The notes under the pieces: model-generated
Databases searched by the model: none
The model's input: the letters and a program-made list of their open reading frames with translations, nothing else
What the model was told of the DNA's origin: nothing
Translations under genes and position numbers: made by a program
In this document: piece after piece, positions 10,774-19,843 of the stretch
Position numbering within the stretch: the first letter of the stretch is position 1
Layout: each line of letters begins with the position of its first letter
Assembly: GCA_026936335.1 (NCBI GenBank)
Contig: JAPMXV010000044.1
Coordinates: 1 to 64,000, forward strand
Direction of reading: 5' to 3'
DNA: 64,000 bases
Source: Mantamonas sphyraenae STR306
Taxonomy: Eukaryota; Protista; CRuMs

Positions 10774-11631
10774 TCACACCGTCGCACACACCATCCCTTC
10801 CTCCACTCCCTCGGTCCATCGACTCCGCCACCACCCATGCTCACTGCTTCCCTCTCCGTCCCCCAAATCCAATGTCATCAATCCGTTCTCTGCCACCCAC
10901 TCCCCAAACTGCCCTTCGCTCTCCTCAGCAGGCCCCACAGCCACAGCCACCACGTGTTCCACCAACACACCCCCCTCCCCGCCACTCGCCACACGCTCCA
11001 CTCCAAACCGCCACCCATCGTCACGGCACACCCCGTTTACGGAAAACGAGATCTGCTCCCACTCCTCCCCCTCCACCCGAAACTCAATCTCTGCCAGATC
11101 CTTTGCCAGTCCCACTCCGATCGCCTTGATGTAGCTTTCCTTCAATGCCCACAGCGCAAAGAATTTCTCCATCCGCCCCTCCATCCACTCCCACTCCCCC
11201 TCAGAAAAGCACCCGCGAAAGTCATCCGTCTCCATCTCCACCACACTCATCACATCCACCCCACAAACGTGTTCCCCACTCCCGCATGTTGCACACACCA
11301 CCATCTCCCCGTGGTGGCTCACATTGGCATCCAGCACACGCCCACTCTCCGCCCCAAATCCTACCGGCTTGTTCTCACGTGTCCTCCTCCACACCACCTC
11401 TTCTTCACCGCTCCACCTACGCCCCGCATCCTGCAACAACATCCTCCCTCCACACGCAAACTTGCTATCCTTTTCGTGCAAAAACCGCCCGATCCGCTCC
11501 CTCTCCACTTCCCCCACCGCCTTCATGCACCCGTTCCACTCCTCCTCCCCTGGCTCCCACCCTCCGCTGTTGAACATCACCACATCCACAAACACTCCTT
11601 CCTTTCCCAGCCACGACGACGTCCCATTCAT
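10774..11631 (-). CDS. 4'-phosphopantetheinyl transferase (Sfp/Lys5/AASDHPPT type)
   Basis: ANVSHHG, CGVDVM and FFALWALKESYIKAIGVGL motifs. Confidence 0.9.
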   Translation of the reverse strand: MNGTSSWLGKEGVFVDVVMFNSGGWEPGEEEWNGCMKAVGEVERERIGRFLHEKDSKFACGGRMLLQDAGRRWSGEEEVVWRRTRENKPVGFGAESGRVLDANVSHHGEMVVCATCGSGEHVCGVDVMSVVEMETDDFRGCFSEGEWEWMEGRMEKFFALWALKESYIKAIGVGLAKDLAEIEFRVEGEEWEQISFSVNGVCRDDGWRFGVERVASGGEGGVLVEHVVAVAVGPAEESEGQFGEWVAENGLMTLDLGDGEGSSEHGWWRSRWTEGVEEGMVCATV

Positions 11632-11647
11632 TGTTCACTTCAATTTA

Positions 11648-11802
11648 CAGTCTGTTCGGTTCAAATTGAAACTTTTGTGTGAGCTGGCGCAACGCGGTTG
11701 GGCTCGGGAAAACAAAACCTACGTCCTGTGAGGAGTGGTATGCACTCAGTGTTGGTTGGTTGGTTGGTTGGTTGGTTGGTTGACGGTTCTGGTGCCCCGT
11801 CC
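11648..11802 (-). ncRNA. Candidate omegaRNA scaffold of element 1
   Basis: Non-coding stretch between the ORF stop and the element right end, where TnpB/Fanzor omegaRNAs are located. Positional inference only. Confidence 0.4.
11752..11781. repeat. (GGTT)n microsatellite
   Basis: About 7 tandem GGTT units. Confidence 0.9.
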
Positions 11803-14800
11803 TCAGCCGGCGCTCGAATTCGCCTCCAGGGTCTCTGCCTCGCCGTCCACGTTCTCTGGCAGACCAATCTTGCTTCGGAACGCCTTGCCGATCTGGCTCC
11901 GTTGCCAAACCTTTGTCATGCACCATATGGTGTGACCGCGAAGCGCAGCGTACACCTTGCTCGCGATTGCTTGTGCGCTGGCAAAGTCTCTGTGCCTGTG
12001 CATGTTGCATCGCTTGCAAAACTTGACTCGTGCAGTGCGTGCACTTCCGTGCTTGCTCTCGTGCACACTGCCACATGTGGGACATCTCAGCGTTGTGTTG
12101 CACTCGTTCACACGCACAACAATCATGTTGTGCTTGGCCAGCTCCTCCAGTTTCTTCACTCCACCACGGCCGCCCTTGTATCCGTCACCGATACACAGCA
12201 GTGTGATGCGTCGCAGTTGCCCCTTCCCCAGCTCCATCTTCTCGGTCGCCCGCACCTGAGCCAGCCACCGTTCTCGCATCTTTCGAATCCTTCGTTTCTG
12301 TTCGCGTCGATCATGCGTCTTACGGTCGCCACCCTGGCTGCTTCCCTCATGGGAATGAGCGGATGAACCTTGTTCAGACGGCGCCACGTTCTTGCCGCTG
12401 CACTGGCTCCTCACAACCCGTCCAATTCTGGCCGCGGTGTGCGCGTCCGCAAACAACCCGGCTCGTTTGCTGCGGAGGACCTGCATCTTCTCACGCACCG
12501 CCACAGAGAGCAGTGCATTGTCGCGCTTCACCCCCGTCCTGCGTTCCATGGCCCCCAGTGACGGTGGTGAAAAACGCCAAGCATCTGCAAAGTGAAGGAC
12601 ATTGTCCTTCTCAACGAGCTCCTTGCGTGGGATGTACAGAGCTGAAGGCGCATTCGAAATGCCCGGATCCACCCCAAGGAACTGCAAGCGCGCATTGGCC
12701 TTGGAGCTCAAGGGGAGGAGCCGAGAGAACGAGCTCACAACACCGTGCGGGCGCCGCGTGTGCTCCATGGACTCTGGGCACAACTTCAGGGCAATGATCT
12801 TGTCCGCCGATTGTGGAAGCCACTTGCGGAGCAGCTTATGCACAGCCTCGGTCTGTGTTCGAGCCGCTCCGTCGCCGGCCTCTTCCTCGTTCCCACGCTC
12901 CCGGCGCTGGTGTGCGGCCACGTACATGGCAACCTGGCACAGACGGATAGTCACAGCAGCAACACGTTCGATGAGGCGTCGTTGGTTGCCCTGATCCTTG
13001 TCGTGCGCGTCTTTGTCGCGCCCTCTCGTCTGAGTTCCGTCCAGGGGACCCTTGCCAACAATCGAATAGTTGTATCTGGGTGTGCTATGAGACAGAAACG
13101 GTGACGATTGTGCACGCTCGGCACGTGGTGCATCCTCTAGGAACCGCACGTCACCCTGCAGGAAGCGCAGCAGCAGGGCGTCAGTGACCCGGTCCGTGTC
13201 TGACGTAGCAGTGGGATGGAGGAGCAGGTTCAGACACGCACGCAGAGTGGGGAATAGCGAGAGACGTTCATGAGGAAGGATGAGATGTTCAAGGAGGTAC
13301 AGACGTCGCTGGCCTGGCCCACCGGGGATTTGCCAGTGACGCACGTTCAAGGCGTGGACCGCAGAGAAGAGGCGAACGGAGAGATGACCGTCATTGACGA
13401 AGGGTGTTTTCGAAATCCTTGGTGCATGCAGGGGGTCCAGCACTGCAAATACGTCAAAGGCGGCAAGGAGTAGCGGGTCTGTGTAGCTGCCCAATTCCTC
13501 CCCAGGGATGTTGCGGTCATCCTTGTGCGTGACAATACGCGCTGAGCCGTTGGCGCATCTGGATGCACACACTTGCATTGCCTTGATGGCGTCCTGTGAG
13601 AACAATGCGCCGCCGGCGCCGCCGGCGCCGCTGCTGCTGTTCTCGTTCTCATCCCCCATGTTGGCCAGGTGCCACGCAATGGACGCCCTCAGGGCATGCA
13701 CATGTGCGGTATTTTCAGCCAGCTTTGCCCCCTTCAGCCACATGCCCACGTCACAATCGCATGGGTCTCCCGCCACGCACTGCAGACACAGGGGTGGGAA
13801 GTACTCGCCTTCTTCTGAACACGCGCCTGGACTCGAGGTGAGCGCGCCGCAAAGCACTGACCACGCCAGCATTGTGTCCACCCCGTCTTCCCTGCACACA
13901 GCCAGCAAACCGTCACACAGTGCGGAAAGTGCCCAGCGTCCAAATAGCAATTCCCGCTCAAGTGCGAGTTGATGATGAAAAGAGTGCTTGTCCGGGTACA
14001 GCTTCCGTGCGGATTGGCATGCACTGGCAAGCTTGTAAGCACACTCGTGCGAGGGGACGCTGGAGTCGTTGGAGGCGCTCTTGCCCATCAGTTTCTTGTA
14101 CTTGTCCACGGACACCCCTGCCACCTCGCGCAGCACAGCCGCGACCGCGTGCTCGCATGCCTTGCGTGTTGGTGTGTCTGGAACGTCAGTCTCCTCATCC
14201 TCATCCCCACCTTGGTGCAGGCGTTTAACGACGGTCACCACGTCACGGCGCGCGACGTCACCGTTGCTGGCCACAACCAGATCGACCAAGTTGTCAACGG
14301 CCTGGTTGATCAGCATGATTTTCCAGTTGGTCACCACGAGGGCAGCTCCGCGCCTACACAGGGTTTGAAAGGTGCCACTCGGAAGGATGCGCAGGTCGAT
14401 GCCTTCCCTCTTTTTTTCGGCTCCCTGCTCATCCAGATACTCGGCCACGACTCCACCGCTCTGTTGTCTGCTCAACACGAGGTCAGATGTCACAGAGATG
14501 TACTTGGGGAACTTGTGGAGCTTTGGGGTTGCCTGGCATGAGAGATCCATCCCAGGCGCCGCCTTGAGGTAGAATCGGCCTCGTTTGAGCTGGAGACAAG
14601 CCGACAGCACGTTCTTGAGTTCCTTGGTTGGATGAAACGTACCACACTCGAGCAAGTCACTCTGAATGGCAGTGATCAGCCCAAAGGCGTGCATCATCAG
14701 ATTCAACTCTTCCACGGCGCGTGCATCGATGAGCGCAGCATTGCGCAGTTTCTCCAGGCTGCCCAGCTCAACCACACACGATGAGGACGCCAAACGCTCA

Positions 14801-17262
14801 GTCTGGTCCGTGTCCAACTTCGGTGTTGTCATCCCGACAAATACTTCCCACTCGTCGTCCCAAGGATCCGGCAAGATCGTGTTGATCGCCGAGTCCAGTC
14901 GGGAGGCCCCGTTGCCATCATCATCGTCGTCTTGCTGTTTGAACACATAGTCAATGGCGTTGCTGACCCTCGTGTTCCACACGTCCGCCTCGTCAGAACT
15001 TGGGCCCACGGCACCGATGATGGCAGCCAGCTGTTGGTTGTCGCCCACAAAGACGTCCATGGAGGCATCAACACCCGCCTTCTTCATCGCCTCAGTCAAC
15101 TCCGTATTGAGCTGTTTGCGGACGGTGCTGGGGAGCACGCCCCGCATCTTGCTCAGCCGCTCGCGCATTCCTCTGTCGCCGTGCTTATTGCACAGGGTCA
15201 CCCACTTCTTGACTGACAGCATGTTGTTGTACATGGACGCAGGGTTGGTGTACTCGATTTTGTCTGTGTTCCGCGCCGCAGCGACGAGGCCTTCCACACC
15301 ATTGGCCGTACAGTCCACCGTCACCGGGTGTGCGTGACGTTTCGCGATGTTCTGCAATGGCTCATGTGTTGCATCGTGTCGCTTGGTGGCCTCCCAGCGG
15401 CTCCGGACCTGGTCCTTCAGATTCGCAATCGAGCCACGCAGGGTCTGCACCCCGCACAGCGTGCGTGCGTGCTCCACCACGTCTCCTGGTGGGAGCAGAC
15501 GTGGCATTCGCATTGTTTCTTGCTCGGTTACGGCATAGTCGTTGACGTACGCATGAAACAGGGAGCCAATGTGTCTGCTGCCGGGCAGGTCAACCTGGCC
15601 CAGAACTTGAGGAAGAGGCAATCCGTCCGTGTTGAGCTCAGCTTCCTTTCCACCCGTACCGAACAATGCATCCCATGTGTTCAATGACGTCAGTGCCTTG
15701 ATCGTGTGGTCGTTGAAGCCGAGCTGGACCAGGTGTAGTTTGACGGCAGCAATATACTTCTGAGCATGCTCCTGGACAAGCTCCATGTGCTTGGAAGCAG
15801 GCTGTGTGCCACATTTCCCATGTAGCAGATGTCCCACAGATTTGTCGTCCACCAGGATTGGTGCGTAGATGAACGACAACAGGCTCCCACCGCTCGCCAG
15901 CAGCACATCCAGGCTCTCGGCGTCCAGCCGCACCATGTTGCGGCGTGGGGCTCGCACAGCTGCCTCAACGTCACTCGAGAGGAGCAATGCCGCGACGAGT
16001 GACATCAAACGGCCGAGGTGTGGCTCGACGATTGCGAAGCCCAAACGAGGATGCAGCAGAAGCACAGGGTGCTCAGTCACCATATAACCCCAATCACTGT
16101 CATGAAGAGTAGTCACCAAGCTGATGTCCTGTTGGTTGTTGTACATCCGCACCACCTCGTTCTTGACGTCGTCGGCCAGGCAGGCGCCAGCGTTGTCCTG
16201 CTCAACCATCTCGTTGCCAAGCTCGTACGCATCATGCAGGGAACAAAGGTGTTGTACAGCGTGATAGATGGCCACCTGGGCCTTCCCTGTCAAGCACAGG
16301 GTATGGCCGTGTCCCACTCGCTGCAAGTCAACATCTTCCGGTGTCAACTTGCGCACGGTCTTGCACATGGTCGCCACATGCGCAAGCGTATCCTCCAGGC
16401 GCCTCAGATGTGTGCCAAAGCTGACCGAGTTGCTTTGTTCATCCAGAAACTCTGGTTTGAGGTCGACAATGAGCACATACGTGACACTCGCAGCATGCCT
16501 GAGGTCCACACGCAGTTCCGTGGCCGCCTTTTCAGCCTCGACGCACTGTGTTACCAGCTCACGCACCTTCTCCTCGGGTACGTCCGCTACGCGGGCGGCT
16601 GCTTCGAGTTCCGTGTGCACAATCGAGCTGATGTCCACCAGGACTTTCACGTCACCATGAAGCTGAGTCATGCCTTGGTTGAATTTGATGCCAAAGGTAG
16701 CCATGATCTCTCTCTGCCGCTTGGCCTTGCCACTGCCTCCTCGACGTCCAGGGGCCAGTTCGAACGTCACCTCGCCGGGAGACGGTTTCCGTTTTTTGCC
16801 CTCTCCCGCTTTCTTGGGACTTCTTGCGACCGGGCTGTACCCCTCATCCTCGCTGTGCTCCTCATCCTCGCTGTACTCCTCATCCTCGCTGTACTCCTCG
16901 TAGTCGCTATAACCCGATTCCGTGTCCATAGCAGCCTCAGCAGCCTCAGCAGCCTCAGCAGCTGCCGCTTCAAACATGCTGACGCTTCCCACATTTCTGT
17001 CCTTCGCGCTTTGCCGCCGCACAGAGTCCACCACAGTCTCCCGGGCGCTTACACCAAGCACACACACATCACAGAATCGTTCTTGCAGTCCCACGTCATT
17101 GTCACAATGAACAGAAGCACAGACGTGGCAGCGGGAACGCTTCACTCCTGACCGCTCTGAACTCGAAAGACCGTCCTCATCGTAGTTGTCAACGGCGATG
17201 TTGCTGTGGCTACGTTTCCGTTTGTCACTATGCTTTGAATGCTTTGCGTGGTGTTCGCTCAT
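11803..17262 (-). CDS. Giant Fanzor/TnpB-like RuvC nuclease (1819 aa) with N-terminal Cys cluster and XPG/PIN-like motifs
   Basis: RuvC-I FLGVDPG, RuvC-II VVRVNECNTT, zinc finger CPTC...CKRC, RuvC-III HRDFASAQAI. N-terminal VLVDISS, LIVD, LADD, HDSD. Confidence 0.85.
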   Translation of the reverse strand: MSEHHAKHSKHSDKRKRSHSNIAVDNYDEDGLSSSERSGVKRSRCHVCASVHCDNDVGLQERFCDVCVLGVSARETVVDSVRRQSAKDRNVGSVSMFEAAAAEAAEAAEAAMDTESGYSDYEEYSEDEEYSEDEEHSEDEGYSPVARSPKKAGEGKKRKPSPGEVTFELAPGRRGGSGKAKRQREIMATFGIKFNQGMTQLHGDVKVLVDISSIVHTELEAAARVADVPEEKVRELVTQCVEAEKAATELRVDLRHAASVTYVLIVDLKPEFLDEQSNSVSFGTHLRRLEDTLAHVATMCKTVRKLTPEDVDLQRVGHGHTLCLTGKAQVAIYHAVQHLCSLHDAYELGNEMVEQDNAGACLADDVKNEVVRMYNNQQDISLVTTLHDSDWGYMVTEHPVLLLHPRLGFAIVEPHLGRLMSLVAALLLSSDVEAAVRAPRRNMVRLDAESLDVLLASGGSLLSFIYAPILVDDKSVGHLLHGKCGTQPASKHMELVQEHAQKYIAAVKLHLVQLGFNDHTIKALTSLNTWDALFGTGGKEAELNTDGLPLPQVLGQVDLPGSRHIGSLFHAYVNDYAVTEQETMRMPRLLPPGDVVEHARTLCGVQTLRGSIANLKDQVRSRWEATKRHDATHEPLQNIAKRHAHPVTVDCTANGVEGLVAAARNTDKIEYTNPASMYNNMLSVKKWVTLCNKHGDRGMRERLSKMRGVLPSTVRKQLNTELTEAMKKAGVDASMDVFVGDNQQLAAIIGAVGPSSDEADVWNTRVSNAIDYVFKQQDDDDDGNGASRLDSAINTILPDPWDDEWEVFVGMTTPKLDTDQTERLASSSCVVELGSLEKLRNAALIDARAVEELNLMMHAFGLITAIQSDLLECGTFHPTKELKNVLSACLQLKRGRFYLKAAPGMDLSCQATPKLHKFPKYISVTSDLVLSRQQSGGVVAEYLDEQGAEKKREGIDLRILPSGTFQTLCRRGAALVVTNWKIMLINQAVDNLVDLVVASNGDVARRDVVTVVKRLHQGGDEDEETDVPDTPTRKACEHAVAAVLREVAGVSVDKYKKLMGKSASNDSSVPSHECAYKLASACQSARKLYPDKHSFHHQLALERELLFGRWALSALCDGLLAVCREDGVDTMLAWSVLCGALTSSPGACSEEGEYFPPLCLQCVAGDPCDCDVGMWLKGAKLAENTAHVHALRASIAWHLANMGDENENSSSGAGGAGGALFSQDAIKAMQVCASRCANGSARIVTHKDDRNIPGEELGSYTDPLLLAAFDVFAVLDPLHAPRISKTPFVNDGHLSVRLFSAVHALNVRHWQIPGGPGQRRLYLLEHLILPHERLSLFPTLRACLNLLLHPTATSDTDRVTDALLLRFLQGDVRFLEDAPRAERAQSSPFLSHSTPRYNYSIVGKGPLDGTQTRGRDKDAHDKDQGNQRRLIERVAAVTIRLCQVAMYVAAHQRRERGNEEEAGDGAARTQTEAVHKLLRKWLPQSADKIIALKLCPESMEHTRRPHGVVSSFSRLLPLSSKANARLQFLGVDPGISNAPSALYIPRKELVEKDNVLHFADAWRFSPPSLGAMERRTGVKRDNALLSVAVREKMQVLRSKRAGLFADAHTAARIGRVVRSQCSGKNVAPSEQGSSAHSHEGSSQGGDRKTHDRREQKRRIRKMRERWLAQVRATEKMELGKGQLRRITLLCIGDGYKGGRGGVKKLEELAKHNMIVVRVNECNTTLRCPTCGSVHESKHGSARTARVKFCKRCNMHRHRDFASAQAIASKVYAALRGHTIWCMTKVWQRSQIGKAFRSKIGLPENVDGEAETLEANSSAG

Positions 17263-17508
17263 TGTGCGCTTTTACTTGCCCAAGGTGGCGCAGCTTGTTT
17301 GGCCTTCGTCTACAGGCCATATGGGCCAAATACGAAACGAGCACAGCCCCATGACACACAAAAGCAGGTTCCATGCCAAAGTTGGAATGAGCAAACCTCA
17401 GAAAGGGGATTTGCATTGGCAACTGGGTTTGCGGCGCGAAGCTCAGCTTGACCCGAACGGACTGTATTGTGGCGTTCAGCGCGCTGTGGTCAGCAACGCA
17501 AAACAAAA

Positions 17509-18528
17509 ATGACCGTCAAAACGAATGCAACGGGTGGGTCATACATCCACGGCAAAGCCTTTTCGGCGGACAAACGAGAATGCATTCTCTTTCACTACCA
17601 ATCCAGCTTGCGTCCTTCGTGCAGAGGCACAGCGGAGGCTCTCGGTGTGTCTCCTTCCGTCGTGTCCAAGATTGTACGTCAACACCGAGCCATGGGCCAT
17701 GTACGCCCTCTTGTGGCCCAACCACCGTCCAGGCGTCTCCTGGATGCCAATGACGACCAATTCATTGCTGAACAGGTGGCCGGTGATCCGCGACTGTACC
17801 TGGACGAGTTGCAAGTAGCCGTTGCTCTTCATCGCAACAAGGTGGTATCTCTGTCCACAATTCGCCGTTCTTGTGCGCGCATGGGACTGACTCGCAAGAA
17901 GGTGAGTGCTATCGCCAAGCAACGGTTCAGGGAATCCACCGTGGCGCGCACACGCGAGTTTACTCGAGCAATGAGGATTCGCGGTGTGTTCCGAGCGCCG
18001 AACGTGGTCTTCTTGGACGAAACTGCAGTGAACAACAGAGTGTGCTACAGGAGATATGGTCGTGCGAAACGTGGGCAACCAGCGGTCGTTGTGGAGAACC
18101 ATCCCAAGCAAAAGCGCATCAGCGTGCTGGCGGCCATCAGCACCGGTGGGCGCTCGCCACTGGTAGCGTACACAATGCGAGAGGGGTCATACAACCGGCA
18201 GCTGTTTATGGAGTTCCTGGAGCAAGACCTCTTGCCCCGCATGCGAGATTGCCGCCAAACAGTTCTGGTTATGGACAACTGCTCCATCCACAAAGGCGAT
18301 GCTGTACGCCAGCTGTGCACCTGGTATGGGGTGGATGTCGAGTTTCTCCCGCCTTACACACCTACGCTCAACCCCATCGAGCTCATGTTTAGCAAGTTCA
18401 AGGCGGTCCTCCGCAGGGAATTTCATCGAGTGGACATTTGCACATTCGCGGCGATTTGTACTGCATTGGGGCATGTTACGGCTGCTGATGTGAGGAACTG
18501 GGTCCATCACTGCGGGTACCGCATGTAG
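17509..18528 (+). CDS. IS630/Tc1-mariner DD34E transposase
   Basis: HTH (TAEALGVSPSVVSKIV), LYLDEL, GLTRKK, VFLDET, VMDNCSIH, LPPYTPTLNPIE. There are 34 residues between the second D and the E, and the frame is uninterrupted. Confidence 0.95.
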   Translation: MTVKTNATGGSYIHGKAFSADKRECILFHYQSSLRPSCRGTAEALGVSPSVVSKIVRQHRAMGHVRPLVAQPPSRRLLDANDDQFIAEQVAGDPRLYLDELQVAVALHRNKVVSLSTIRRSCARMGLTRKKVSAIAKQRFRESTVARTREFTRAMRIRGVFRAPNVVFLDETAVNNRVCYRRYGRAKRGQPAVVVENHPKQKRISVLAAISTGGRSPLVAYTMREGSYNRQLFMEFLEQDLLPRMRDCRQTVLVMDNCSIHKGDAVRQLCTWYGVDVEFLPPYTPTLNPIELMFSKFKAVLRREFHRVDICTFAAICTALGHVTAADVRNWVHHCGYRM

Positions 18529-19843
18529 GATCGTGGAGCGTAGCCATTCAGGGCGCACGCTGGTGCTGAAAAACCCGTACTCCCAATGCCATCTTTGTGT
18601 CGGGGGGGCTCAAAGAGAAGCAGGGAGGGCTAAGTGGGGCACCTACAAGGCGTGGATAGTGCCCACCTCCCCTGGCAGCAGTCACCCGAGTCAGGAGCGA
18701 CGGCCTTGCAACCGGGCTTTGCGAACATACCATGCGCCCCGTGCATAAACAATCCATGGAACGCCTGCATACAGTCATCATGCCACATGGTCCTCTGGTT
18801 TTGGCTCCAACACCCGTGGGAGGAGCAGCATGCAGGTTGACGCCGTTGAGATGCACCCCTTGACACCCAGTACAATTATTGTGCACATGCGTCTCCCCTC
18901 AGCAGACCCATGTCCCAATATGTATCTACAAACACCATGAGACAGCCTGTGAAGCCCGATACCGTGGATTCACAACCTGATTTTCACGTAGCCTGACAAG
19001 GCGGTTCTTTGTGTCGTCGAGGACGGCCAAGGCCCCACGGCAAGGGGCGCTTCCTGCTGTAGTGTCTTGGTGTAGTCGCACAGCCTTTCCACTTGACTCT
19101 GTTTGGTTCCTGTGGACGTGTGCCACTTGCTGGTCACGCGACGGCAACGAAGCATCACCCTTTGCCCGTGCGGTGCCCAGCGCTGCGTCTGCCGGTTTGG
19201 TGGGCAATCGGGCGTCGTACACGGAGCATATTGAAAACGGGGACAGCACATCACACCCACATTTGCATGTAGAGGCGACGACGCAGCGCGACGACGCGGC
19301 AACTTCTAGCCACTCATCAATTTTTCTTGGCGTTGTGGCCATGCCTCCTACCTTTCAACCCCTCCTCGGTGATCTATCTCCTGCTGGATTGAGTTTGCCA
19401 GGTACAAAACAGCCGAGACTCTATTGTGACGTGCAACGCCTGCGAAAGCAGCACCTATCCTTCCTCGCCCTCCTGGTCGTCCAGGTCCAGGCTCTGTTCC
19501 CTCTGTTCCTCAACATCGTTACATGGGCCACTGTGCTCCTCAGTGAGTGTGAACTGCAGGATTTCAACCCTCTGTGCCGGCAAACGGCCAACGTGCGTTT
19601 CGATGTTCTCGTCGGCAACGGCGTGCGCGGGGCCCTTCCAGAGCAGCAAGTGACGTGGGTAGGGCTGTGGAGGATGGGGCTTGTGAACTGTGTGCAAGTG
19701 CTCGGGGGCGTCGGAGAGGGCAACAAGCTTTCTGCGGCATTTGACAGCGAGGCGCGAGGCTTGGCGTTTGACAACTGACCTGCTCTGAAAAAGCGGCGGC
19801 TGGCCCCGTGCGCGGGTGGAGTCAATAGTTTCAAGAGTGTAGA

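Larger units (their letters stand above)
11648..17464 (-). mobile_element. Element 1: TA-flanked TIR element carrying a giant Fanzor-like gene and no transposase
   Basis: TA|CAGTCTGTTCGGTTCAAATTGA at 11646-11669 and TCAGCTTGACCCGAACGGACTG|TA at 17443-17466 form imperfect TIRs (18/22). Inserted ~15 bp upstream of the PPTase ATG. Confidence 0.8.
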
